Notes under the pieces: generated by a model
Seen by the model: only the letters and a program-made list of their open reading frames with translations
Databases searched by the model: none
What the model was told of the DNA's origin: nothing
Translations under genes and position numbers: made by a program
Shown here: piece by piece, positions 1-8,506 of the stretch
How positions within the stretch are numbered: the stretch's first letter is position 1
How the letters are laid out: every line of letters begins with the position of its first letter
Virus record (IMG/VR): IMGVR_UViG_3300044756_000004
Coordinates: 1-50,098 of that record
From: a virus
Lineage: Duplodnaviria > Caudoviricetes
Direction: 5' to 3' (one strand)
Length of the DNA stretch: 50,098 nucleotides

Positions 1-580
1 ATGCGCGATCAAGGGACCCCCGACCCCCTATGGTCGGTTTTGGCAGCGGATGGCATTCAATCGTGCACAATTTAATTGCCTACGAACCAATTGCATACGA
101 TAGTATTGTGTAAGATACTTAGCTTGTAATGCTACTCATGGTATACGGTATTACGTATGCCGTAGTGTATAAGTTACATTGATACATACGTTATACATAA
201 GTAATACTTATGGAGCCAGCAACCATAAGATATACTTATGTCTGTCTGACTATAAGATTATCGTTAGTTCGGTAGGGAATATACTAAAAGAACATAGTAT
301 GAACTATAGGTATCGTTCTATATATGTTCCATCAGACTGTGTGCTGCACTGCACAACGCCAATGGCGTCTCATTGGCAATAGGAAGGCCAATGGATAGGG
401 TTTCAAACGAGGTAGGGTAAGCATGGGTCTAGTCGTAAGGCTACTCACTGACTTTCTAATCCAATGGTGCAGCGCGATAGTTATGCGTCTGTTGCATACC
501 TCAATCACAGTGTTGCCACAGTTCCTATGTTCTGGACGCATATCTAACCAGTTTCATCACGAAAGCGTGAATGTGACTAA
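1..580. repeat. Left copy of 580-nt imperfect direct terminal repeat
   Basis: Collinear with 49519-50098. First 22 nt and last 127 nt (454-580) are identical, with many substitutions between. Confidence 0.9.
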
Positions 581-598
581 TATCACATAGTTAGGCCT

Positions 599-627
599 TT
601 GTGTCGCCACATTTAGAGTGCTAGGCT
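599..627 (+). promoter_or_regulatory. Putative sigma70-type early promoter
   Basis: TTGTGT-17nt-TAGGCT with TG extended -10; same -35 as the promoter at 2708. Confidence 0.55.
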
Positions 628-788
628 GTTGATGGTTGATCGGGGTTCCGATTAGCCCTAGTCCGCTTCGCTCTACTCCTGTCCTACGGGTTTACAGGCT
701 CAAGGCAACGGCGGAATAGGTTCTATCTCATTGTGAAACCGCTACTCAATCGTCTATGCCTGCCCTGCAATCGGGGAAAGGAATAGCG

Positions 789-902
789 ATGAAATACCCT
801 GTTCAATATCTAGGTGAACGTCCTAACCTTTGGGAACTAACCATAACCCTGACAGGTTGTGCTGTCTGGGTTGTATGGTTCGTTTCAATGGTGACGTTAT
901 GA
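789..902 (+). CDS. Small hydrophobic peptide (37 aa, MKYPVQYLGERPNLWELTITLTGCAVWVVWFVSMVTL)
   Basis: Read manually; AAGGA RBS; ATGA overlap with next ORF. Confidence 0.45.
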   Translation: MKYPVQYLGERPNLWELTITLTGCAVWVVWFVSMVTL

Positions 903-1129
903 TTATCGTATATCATGAACCCAATAACATGATTGAAGTATCTGGCGTATCTTACATGAAAGAGGTTTTGTATTACTGCGGTGATACAAAGCCACACTAT
1001 TCAGTGCCTGCTATCCCTTTGATAGTGAAATATGATTATGTGGGTTGCGTTAACATTGACGATGTTAGCAATCCGGATGATCCAATCATTGTCTATATGT
1101 GGGACAATTGGAATAAAACTAACCTCTGA
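899..1129 (+). CDS. Hypothetical early protein
   Basis: ORF 830..1129; start moved to the ATG at 899 that overlaps the upstream stop. Confidence 0.5.
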   Translation: MIIVYHEPNNMIEVSGVSYMKEVLYYCGDTKPHYSVPAIPLIVKYDYVGCVNIDDVSNPDDPIIVYMWDNWNKTNL

Positions 1130-1187
1130 CAGGTTAACAACAGGGCAGACACGGACGATTGAGAAGCACAACAAACGGAGACTTACT

Positions 1188-2393
1188 ATGTTAAAAGCTA
1201 AGCAATTGACTGCAATCCGCGAGACGTTCTTGGAAGCATCCGGGCATGATCTTCGCCTGACCGATGAAAGCCTTTCGGCTGTCATTGAAAAGGATGTAGA
1301 GAAATGGGACGAAATGGACGGTGAAGATAAGATTGAATTTCTGACAAAGTGTGAAAGCACGATGGCAGGGATTGCAATCACCGATCCGGGCATTTCCACC
1401 ATCGTTTCGCGTATCGCGGCAGACAGTGACTTCACGAAAGAAATTACTGTCTGCATCGAAGCGGCAATGAAGAACAAGACGACCGCCGTTGACATTGCTT
1501 CACACTTGAAGCGTGTCTTGCCAAAGCAGGCATTGGCGAGTGTTCCGTGGCCGGGTTCAAAAGCAGAAACCGGCAAGCGGACTATCCCTAACTCTAATGA
1601 GTTGGCAGATATTGTTGAGACTACGGATCAAACCGGAAAGGCAATCCGTACCGTGTGGCACAATGATTTTGTTTCAACCATGCCGGAAGGCAAGGTCTTT
1701 GAAACCGATATCGATGATGTCAAACGGGAACAGAAAGCCGCTGGCTCTGTCCCTCGTTTCAAGGGTAAGACCATTTCAAAGCGTGACCTTGCGGCAATGC
1801 TGTCTACTGCGACAGCACAACGCAACGCCATGCGAGGAATGTTCAAGCGTGCCTTTGCTCTTATCAAGCAGTTGATTGAGATTGAAGGAATGGAACACGT
1901 TACGTGTGACTTCATTACCGGCCATGATAAGGGCCGTTGTGCAATGTGGCCGAAGGAATACGGGAAGAGCAAGCCGGATGGCAAGCTAGTCACGAATTCC
2001 CCTAAGCCTCTTTGGATGGCACCCGCCGATAATCCCGGCGAAGGCCGTGACTTCAGCGTGACGCAAGTGCTTGCCTTCGATGTTGCCAAGGCGTTGCGTA
2101 TGCCTAACGGCGGCACGATGGCGGAACTGGTTTCTACTGCTAAGACGGAACCGGAAACGCCAGAGGCAACAGACTTCACTCCCGAAAAGATGGACGATGC
2201 TATCGTCGGAGTGTGGCGCAACCTTAGTGAACGGGATAAGATGGCTGCGCTTCGCACCCGTCTTAACAGCCCGGACAACGAGGACACCAAAGAAGCCTAC
2301 TGCGCTCTTTATCTGCTCTTGAAGCCTATCTATACGACCAACGAGAAATGGTACAACGAGCGGCTTAATGGGCCGGAACAAAAGACCGCCTAA
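1188..2393 (+). CDS. Hypothetical early protein (~401 aa)
   Basis: Long ORF; GGAG RBS before ATG 1188 (MLKAKQ); followed by a terminator; no recognised domain. Confidence 0.85.
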   Translation: MLKAKQLTAIRETFLEASGHDLRLTDESLSAVIEKDVEKWDEMDGEDKIEFLTKCESTMAGIAITDPGISTIVSRIAADSDFTKEITVCIEAAMKNKTTAVDIASHLKRVLPKQALASVPWPGSKAETGKRTIPNSNELADIVETTDQTGKAIRTVWHNDFVSTMPEGKVFETDIDDVKREQKAAGSVPRFKGKTISKRDLAAMLSTATAQRNAMRGMFKRAFALIKQLIEIEGMEHVTCDFITGHDKGRCAMWPKEYGKSKPDGKLVTNSPKPLWMAPADNPGEGRDFSVTQVLAFDVAKALRMPNGGTMAELVSTAKTEPETPEATDFTPEKMDDAIVGVWRNLSERDKMAALRTRLNSPDNEDTKEAYCALYLLLKPIYTTNEKWYNERLNGPEQKTA

Positions 2394-2403
2394 CCACTAA
2401 CAG

Positions 2404-2440
2404 AACCCCGCAGGCTTAACCGCTTGCGGGGTTTTTCTTT
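2404..2440 (+). terminator. Rho-independent terminator
   Basis: AACCCCGCAGGC-loop-GCTTGCGGGGTT followed by T-tract. Confidence 0.85.
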
Positions 2441-2707
2441 GTCTTCAATTCCGTGGCATCCAGTATACCATATGCCACATACTGTGTACCATGGTGTGAT
2501 GTTTATACCACAGTGACATATCTATCACTGTTGCATAAATGTCACACCCGATAGTCTGACAGGTCCCAACCATACTCGTACGCTCCGGCCATACGATCCA
2601 TAAGCAGTGCTGTATATGCTCGTTTCTAATTATAGCTAAAACACGAGTCGATCTTTCCTCATAGGTCTAGGTTTTAGCTAACTCATTGTTTCTGTTAAGG
2701 TTGTCGT

Positions 2708-2736
2708 TTGTGTTCAAAGATTGTTCGTGGTAGTAT
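2708..2736 (+). promoter_or_regulatory. Putative sigma70-type promoter
   Basis: TTGTGT-17nt-TAGTAT with TG extended -10. Confidence 0.6.
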
Positions 2737-2991
2737 TCAAATAATGGAGAGAAGAAATGAAGGAAGCGACGGGCCTCTAGTCCTAGCGGGCCAAGCCATT
2801 CTCCAACACGTCGGTGATGCCTTCATTGATGTACGTCTAGTAACCGTTAGGTTACTATCGTTCATAGGGACACTGTGCCCGTTCAACCTTACCCTACTAC
2901 GGGGAATGTACGACGTAAGCTCTACAAGGGAAGCGTAGTCACCTTGCTTGCAGGTATAGCAAGCTCTTATCTCAAACATGGAGCTACGGCT

Positions 2992-3132
2992 ATGAAGTGT
3001 GTTAAGAATACCCGTACTAACGAAATCATTCGTGTCAGTGATAACACCGCTATGTATATGGTGCAGCAACCTTCGCCTTGGGAGTATTGCCCGAAGTGGG
3101 AATGGAAGGCTCAAAGAGAGGCTTCCAAATGA
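2992..3132 (+). CDS. Small hypothetical protein
   Basis: GGAG RBS; MKCVKNTRTNEIIRV...WEYCPKWEWK. Confidence 0.6.
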   Translation: MKCVKNTRTNEIIRVSDNTAMYMVQQPSPWEYCPKWEWKAQREASK

Positions 3133-3320
3133 TTATCATCATCATGGGTTGGACCAGAGAAGGTAAACCCCTCGACATGTACAAGATTGATATGTCTGTG
3201 ACCGAGCACAAACGTATCGACGATGTGGTGAGTGTATACAAACGTATGCATCCTAGTGCTGTCCGTGTTACGATGGACATTGCTTTACCTCTGTGTGACA
3301 TGGAGGTTCCTAATGTCTAA
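3129..3320 (+). CDS. Small hypothetical protein
   Basis: ATGA overlap with the upstream gene. Confidence 0.55.
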   Translation: MIIIIMGWTREGKPLDMYKIDMSVTEHKRIDDVVSVYKRMHPSAVRVTMDIALPLCDMEVPNV

Positions 3321-3537
3321 ATGTATTTGTAAGTTCAAGGCTGTGGGTCAGCCAATGAACCTCAACGGGTGCACCGTACACGAGGATGATTACACGTGTG
3401 ATTTATGTCCTCTCCACTTGTGTGCCATCTATCGTCCATCACGAGAATTCGTAGTGGGAAAGGACAGCTGGCCTGTATGTGTATGTGGCCATGTTGCACA
3501 AGATCACAACGTGAGGGTCATATCATGTATCTTCTAA
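3313..3537 (+). CDS. Cys/His-rich putative zinc-binding protein
   Basis: GGAGG RBS; CxC, CxxC and CVCGHVAQDH motifs. Confidence 0.55.
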   Translation: MSKCICKFKAVGQPMNLNGCTVHEDDYTCDLCPLHLCAIYRPSREFVVGKDSWPVCVCGHVAQDHNVRVISCIF

Positions 3538-3690
3538 TTGTAGGGGTGCGAACATGATGGTGTGGTATTGCCCACTAGATGGGCTGGAATACCGCTGCCT
3601 GCTATTGGTGGGCTGGCGGGTAGTACATCGGCTTGATGTCGATGGTAAGCCGTGGGTCAAGATGGTGAAGGACAAGGAAGTATCCTTATC

Positions 3691-3876
3691 ATGTCTGAAC
3701 TGAAGGAGATATGTGTTCAAGATGCTGTCAATCCTCCTTTAACAAGAAAGGAATTAAAAAGACTAGTCCGTGTACTTAAAAGTCTATGTCCTATCCATGC
3801 GATAGACACAGACTTGAAAGTAAACATCATCAAACGGGAAATCACCGTAGGCAATACCGTCTATTGGTGGGAATAA
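3691..3876 (+). CDS. Small hypothetical protein
   Basis: ORF; start at MSELKE. Confidence 0.45.
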   Translation: MSELKEICVQDAVNPPLTRKELKRLVRVLKSLCPIHAIDTDLKVNIIKREITVGNTVYWWE

Positions 3877-3887
3877 TCGGAGCAAAC

Positions 3888-4196
3888 ATGACTAATGTGG
3901 TAAAAGCAATGGCCCAAGACCTCCAGCGTATTCCGGAGGTGGATAGATTACCGAAGAGTGTCGAAGATGTGTGTGACATCATCGGCAATCAGTTCGAAGA
4001 TACTGCCAACATGCTCGAAGAACGTGCTGAGGCACTGATCGGACGAGCGCAAGAGTTGAAGGACATGGCGAAACATCTTCGTGAAGCCAGTGTCAACGTG
4101 CCTGTGAACTTGAAGAAGTGGGTTGGCGTCGAGATCGAGTACCGAGACGCCGGGTTTAAGGTCAGTTCCGTCAACCCTGATCCTAACTACCGATAG
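3888..4196 (+). CDS. Coiled-coil hypothetical protein
   Basis: GGAG RBS; heptad-like LEERAEALIGRAQELKDMAKHLRE. Confidence 0.7.
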   Translation: MTNVVKAMAQDLQRIPEVDRLPKSVEDVCDIIGNQFEDTANMLEERAEALIGRAQELKDMAKHLREASVNVPVNLKKWVGVEIEYRDAGFKVSSVNPDPNYR

Positions 4197-4266
4197 TACG
4201 GCGTGGTTGTAGGTCATCCTTAAACCTTCATTTCACAAGTCTGACAGGTCGCAAAGGAGCACTATT

Positions 4267-4443
4267 ATGCTGGAAATCTTTATCTGCATCGATGATGAGC
4301 GTGACGAAGAGACGGGAGAAATGCTTGGGACTATTCTAAGTATCCCCAAGAGCACCGATCCCGTTGATCTCATCAACGCCATCCGTACGCTCTACCCTAC
4401 CTGTACGTTCTACAGCGTAGACCAGTCTCCGGTGACTGAGTGA
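4267..4443 (+). CDS. Small hypothetical protein (58 aa, MLEIFICIDDERDEE...)
   Basis: Read manually; AAGGAG RBS. Confidence 0.6.
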   Translation: MLEIFICIDDERDEETGEMLGTILSIPKSTDPVDLINAIRTLYPTCTFYSVDQSPVTE

Positions 4444-4596
4444 TTATCGCAGGTGTAGTGCTGGTCATTGTCGTGTTGCTTCCGGTGTACCTTATCCGGA
4501 AGTTTATACGACGGTACCAGCGTGCTGTAGGTAGGGACTAGGTATATCTAACCTGCGGCGGATCAACGCTTTTATCATGAATATCGGAGGTTGTCA

Positions 4597-4755
4597 ATGG
4601 CTAAATTGGAGAAATGTCAAGGTTGTGGTGTAGATTTTAAACACCACGAACTTACCCGTCACCGTAAGGTGATGAAGTGTGGAGTTGAATACCCCATCAA
4701 AGCAACTATCATCAAGAACATCTTGAAGATGGAGAAGGAGTTTCGCCGTGGGTAA
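4597..4755 (+). CDS. Small zinc-finger-like protein (52 aa)
   Basis: Read manually; GGAGG RBS; CQGC...HELTRHRKVMKC. Confidence 0.55.
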   Translation: MAKLEKCQGCGVDFKHHELTRHRKVMKCGVEYPIKATIIKNILKMEKEFRRG

Positions 4756-4933
4756 AACTACATACTGGTTCGGTTATTATAAGACCCTCGGAAAGGTTGC
4801 AGCCTCCCGGTGGAGTAGTGACTCACGACCTTCTCCGGGTAATTTCTACACCGTCGAGATTTCGGAGGAGGAGTTTCAGCTGCCAATCACAGCATTAATG
4901 GAGAAGTATCCCTCACCGGAGCCTCCTAGTTAA
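4748..4933 (+). CDS. Small hypothetical protein
   Basis: AAGGAG RBS; GTG start overlapping the previous gene. Confidence 0.55.
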   Translation: MGKTTYWFGYYKTLGKVAASRWSSDSRPSPGNFYTVEISEEEFQLPITALMEKYPSPEPPS

Positions 4934-4942
4934 GGTAGTCGT

Positions 4943-4971
4943 TTGCGTTGAAGATTTTTCTGAGGTATAAT
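4943..4971 (+). promoter_or_regulatory. Putative sigma70-type promoter
   Basis: TTGCGT-17nt-TATAAT. Confidence 0.7.
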
Positions 4972-5016
4972 ACTACTATGATCGAGTTGGGACTTGATCG
5001 TAATCGGGAGGAAAGT

Positions 5017-5652
5017 ATGGCTAACCGGTACATTCAACAGAAGATACTCAAGAACAAGCGACGTGGAAGATACGCTGTCTTCAGCGGGAATACTACGCGC
5101 TTCACAACAGAGCGTGTAGATAGAGGGAAGTACCAAGATGTAAACGTAACCAACCCCGGTACTGCCGAGGAGGATATGGTTCCGACTGGTAAGCACATTG
5201 TTGTGTACGCTGGCGAGGTGTCGCTCAGCAAGCAAGTCATCAATACTGGCCGTGGCCCCGACAAGGAACGGATGCAGGAATACTACCAACGTGTCCATAG
5301 TTACGATCAAGCGTTGCCTATAACATTAGGATTGACGCAGCCAATGGCTGAACTCCTATTGAGGTACGATGATATTGTCAAGAATACACCACGCGAGATG
5401 CGTATCCGCTTGGTGGATAACATCACGGGAACACTGGATTTGTATTTTAATCTAACTCAGTTCTTCTTCGTGGATGTGGATTATCAGAAGCGCTTCATAC
5501 GACGAAGCACTGTATATCCGACAAAGAAGAGAGCACTTGATGCCCTCAAAGATAAGAGAGTCCGGTGGGTCGAGACTATCTCCTCACCGAAGAAGGCTCC
5601 TAAGTTTGAACGAATTGGTAGCGGCAACCCGGTGGCTCCTCCCAAGAGCTAG
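5017..5652 (+). CDS. Hypothetical protein
   Basis: GGAGG RBS before MANRYIQQK. Confidence 0.8.
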   Translation: MANRYIQQKILKNKRRGRYAVFSGNTTRFTTERVDRGKYQDVNVTNPGTAEEDMVPTGKHIVVYAGEVSLSKQVINTGRGPDKERMQEYYQRVHSYDQALPITLGLTQPMAELLLRYDDIVKNTPREMRIRLVDNITGTLDLYFNLTQFFFVDVDYQKRFIRRSTVYPTKKRALDALKDKRVRWVETISSPKKAPKFERIGSGNPVAPPKS

Positions 5653-5728
5653 CCGTTACCAGCCCCCGGTATAGTGACTAGCCCCGACGCTCCCTGCCGG
5701 GGGCACCCTTTCCCTGTAATGTTGAGTC

Positions 5729-5758
5729 CCGTAGCGCATCATCCTACGGTATTTTTTG
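5729..5758 (+). terminator. Possible rho-independent terminator
   Basis: CCGTAG-loop-CTACGG followed by T-rich tract. Confidence 0.45.
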
Positions 5759-5815
5759 TATCTATTTTTCTAGAATGGTAGTTTTATTAGTCCATTTCGG
5801 ACGTTGGAGTGAACA

Positions 5816-6283
5816 ATGGAGAGAGCTATTGACTTCGTAAGACAGTTCGAACCGATCTACAACAGAGACCCGGAGTGGTGGAATGTCACCTTCTTCTTCG
5901 GCAGTCTCTTGGCAGGACTAGCTGTGTACGGCATTTATCGTTGGGAGCGTAGCCGTACGTGGTATTGGAATAACGTAATCCCTTTCGGGAGAGGAAGAAT
6001 GTCACGTCGGCGAGCAAGAAGAGAATACGTTCGCAGAGATGCGATCGACAAGTTAGTGGATTACGTGGAGGAGAGGGTTTATCATGGGGAGTATACCCGT
6101 GCTGAAGCCAACGAACTCTATCGTGATGCACGTAAGTACTGGCCAGTGAAGGAACTATTTCCATCACCTGTTCTGCTGAAAGAGAACATCCAGAAGCGGC
6201 TGGCTAGGGGACAGAACGGACCTGTGCCTTTGCCGGATAAACCAAAGCCGAAGCATATGTTCGACAAACCAGCGAAAGCTTAG
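5816..6283 (+). CDS. Hypothetical membrane-anchored protein
   Basis: GGAG RBS; N-terminal hydrophobic helix FFFGSLLAGLAVYGIY. Confidence 0.75.
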   Translation: MERAIDFVRQFEPIYNRDPEWWNVTFFFGSLLAGLAVYGIYRWERSRTWYWNNVIPFGRGRMSRRRARREYVRRDAIDKLVDYVEERVYHGEYTRAEANELYRDARKYWPVKELFPSPVLLKENIQKRLARGQNGPVPLPDKPKPKHMFDKPAKA

Positions 6284-6323
6284 CTCAACCCAGTCGGAGG
6301 GGTTCCGATAAACGGAGAAGAAG

Positions 6324-7760
6324 ATGCAAACGGGAACTATCGTAAGACGTAATGCCAAGACATTCATTCCAAACGCCTTCTTAGAGAAGGTATTGGAGGC
6401 CAATCCCAATGGGTGGGGAGCAGCCATCGTCTCGGATACCGACGGCGAGAAGTCTCTCCTGATCAACCACGGTACTGATCTGACCGTGGAGTTCATTCAG
6501 GAGACGATGCAGACGTTCGAGAAGAACGACATCACTTTCTATTTCGCCAATTCTGAAGATGCTCTCTCCGAGGAAAGTACGTCGCCGTATATCCTCGTCG
6601 AGATGGACGGCGTTCCGAAGATCATTGCCTTCATCGAGGGCAACTTCCCCGGCCATGCCAAGACGGATTCCGCTCTGCCACCGGAGTACCACATGGTGCA
6701 TGAGGTCCTGAAGGATAAGTTTCAGGGTCTCTACGACATGGTGGATGGTGATCTCACGAAGCTGATGGAGACGGTGAAGAAGCCGTTCTTCCGGAAGGAG
6801 ATGCTTCTCAACTCTGTCTCACGCGGCAACATCACTATCGTCGCAGCGAACGGTGAATCGGTGTCGTTCGTTCAAGGTGACACTCAGGCTGAATTCCCAT
6901 GGGGTTGGACAAGCAACACTCATGGTTACGTAGCGGAGGGGAAGAAGGAACCTCCGAAGGAGCCGCCGAAGAAGGCGATGTTCGAAAAGATCGGTAAGTC
7001 TACGGTGAGGGAGAAGGCAACGCCGTCGTCTCCAGCAGCTGCTGAGGCAGCGGCTTCGGCACCGAAGGCTGAGACAGCAGTCATCAAGAATTACACTACC
7101 AAGAAGGAGAAGCCCCCTGCTCATCTCAGCAGGAAGGACAAGGGTAACTGGTATAAGCACAAGATCGGTTACAAACCGAAGGGTTGGGAGAACGCTGTAT
7201 CCGTTGACGTCTACGTCGATCCACAAGGCAAGGTGATGTCCTTCAGTCAAGTGAAGGCTCTCGGCACCGAAGCCATCGGTGTGATGCAGCTTGCGAAGAA
7301 CCCCGAACGCGACAAGGACACCGAGACGGAGAACCTTCCGGAGACCAAGATGACCAACGCCCCTGCCGCCGGGGAGAAGGCCGTCACTACGGAAGTACTA
7401 CCGTTGATGTCTCCAGATTCTCGGAAATATGTCCAGAATATGATGAAGGATGCCGGGGTTCAGAAGACTATCTCCGAGAACGCCGACATGATCCTCAAGC
7501 CGGACAAGGTGCAGCAGCAGGAGGCGAAGTTCGCCGACTTCGCGAAGCAACTTGGCGACAAGGTGGACATCACGGACTTCATCAAGTGGAGTTACGAGAT
7601 GAGGTTGAAGCTTGCGCAGGAACGGCCAGATGCATCAGCGAATATGAACCATACATTCGCTATTATGCTGGCCAAGTATATGCTCAAGGAAGGTAACACT
7701 GAACTGAGCACACCGGCGAAGAAGAAGCCGATGTTTGAGAAGCTGTCGGCTGCTGGCTAG
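6324..7760 (+). CDS. Degenerate class II glutamine amidotransferase-like protein with long C-terminal extension
   Basis: ANPNGWGAAIV resembles the NPDGxG motif of phage GATase-II; no N-terminal Cys; adjacent to a GGCT-like gene. Confidence 0.55.
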   Translation: MQTGTIVRRNAKTFIPNAFLEKVLEANPNGWGAAIVSDTDGEKSLLINHGTDLTVEFIQETMQTFEKNDITFYFANSEDALSEESTSPYILVEMDGVPKIIAFIEGNFPGHAKTDSALPPEYHMVHEVLKDKFQGLYDMVDGDLTKLMETVKKPFFRKEMLLNSVSRGNITIVAANGESVSFVQGDTQAEFPWGWTSNTHGYVAEGKKEPPKEPPKKAMFEKIGKSTVREKATPSSPAAAEAAASAPKAETAVIKNYTTKKEKPPAHLSRKDKGNWYKHKIGYKPKGWENAVSVDVYVDPQGKVMSFSQVKALGTEAIGVMQLAKNPERDKDTETENLPETKMTNAPAAGEKAVTTEVLPLMSPDSRKYVQNMMKDAGVQKTISENADMILKPDKVQQQEAKFADFAKQLGDKVDITDFIKWSYEMRLKLAQERPDASANMNHTFAIMLAKYMLKEGNTELSTPAKKKPMFEKLSAAG

Positions 7761-7792
7761 GCACAGTAGGCGGCTACTGTGGAGCGGCAGAA

Positions 7793-8506
7793 ATGCCATC
7801 CCACCACCGGGGCTGGAGGGCTTCTGGTTCCGGTGGTGGTCCTACTAACCTCGGAGGGAACATGTTCGAATCAGTTAAAAGACTATTCCGCCAAGACCCT
7901 GACAGGTCGGCGGAAGCATGGCACAGGCAATGTGAACTCACACCAGATATCTGGTATCTCGAACAACATCATCGTCAGCTTATCTTTGTAGCTGATGATT
8001 TGATGTCAGACCACCGTCATAATCGTATTCTGACGGAAGCGTCGGCATCAGGGGTTGACCCAATACATCCGTACGCGTATACTGTCGATGATTATAAGTT
8101 CTATCTGAAGGACCTCGGCAAGGTAAGCCACCCTGTCTTGATGGAGAAAGACGCAGAACTCACCGGCTTTGTCCGGTTCCCTCCTGAGCCTGCTCAGGTG
8201 AAGGGAGAATTGTGGTCAATTCGACCATACCAGTTTATTAAGCTTGACAAGCTACGGCAGAATGGGGTACAATTCGTCCGTAAGCGTGTCTCCATTTTCC
8301 TGCCTGCGGTCGATGTCGTATACACTAAGGCCCAACCTAATCCTAAGCTGGTGACAGCGAATGGTGTAGTTCGGGCTTGGATGTACGTTGGTATTCCCGA
8401 ATACTGGGACACTCAGCTTGGTGGTGTATTCGCTACCAAGGCTGCTCCGATATACGAGCACGACCACCCCATCCCCGAAGTGAGAAGATTCTACAAGTTT
8501 GAGTAA
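7793..8506 (+). CDS. Gamma-glutamylcyclotransferase (AIG2-like) fold protein, probably inactive
   Basis: LIFVADDLM..HRHNRIL, VKGELWSI, KLDKL, VRKRV and AWMYVG follow the GGCT motif order. Confidence 0.6.
   Translation: MPSHHRGWRASGSGGGPTNLGGNMFESVKRLFRQDPDRSAEAWHRQCELTPDIWYLEQHHRQLIFVADDLMSDHRHNRILTEASASGVDPIHPYAYTVDDYKFYLKDLGKVSHPVLMEKDAELTGFVRFPPEPAQVKGELWSIRPYQFIKLDKLRQNGVQFVRKRVSIFLPAVDVVYTKAQPNPKLVTANGVVRAWMYVGIPEYWDTQLGGVFATKAAPIYEHDHPIPEVRRFYKFE

Noticed and set aside
332-541. 69-aa - strand ORF present in both terminal repeats
   Set aside because: No RBS evidence; many differences between the copies change amino acids; shared length follows from the collinear repeat.
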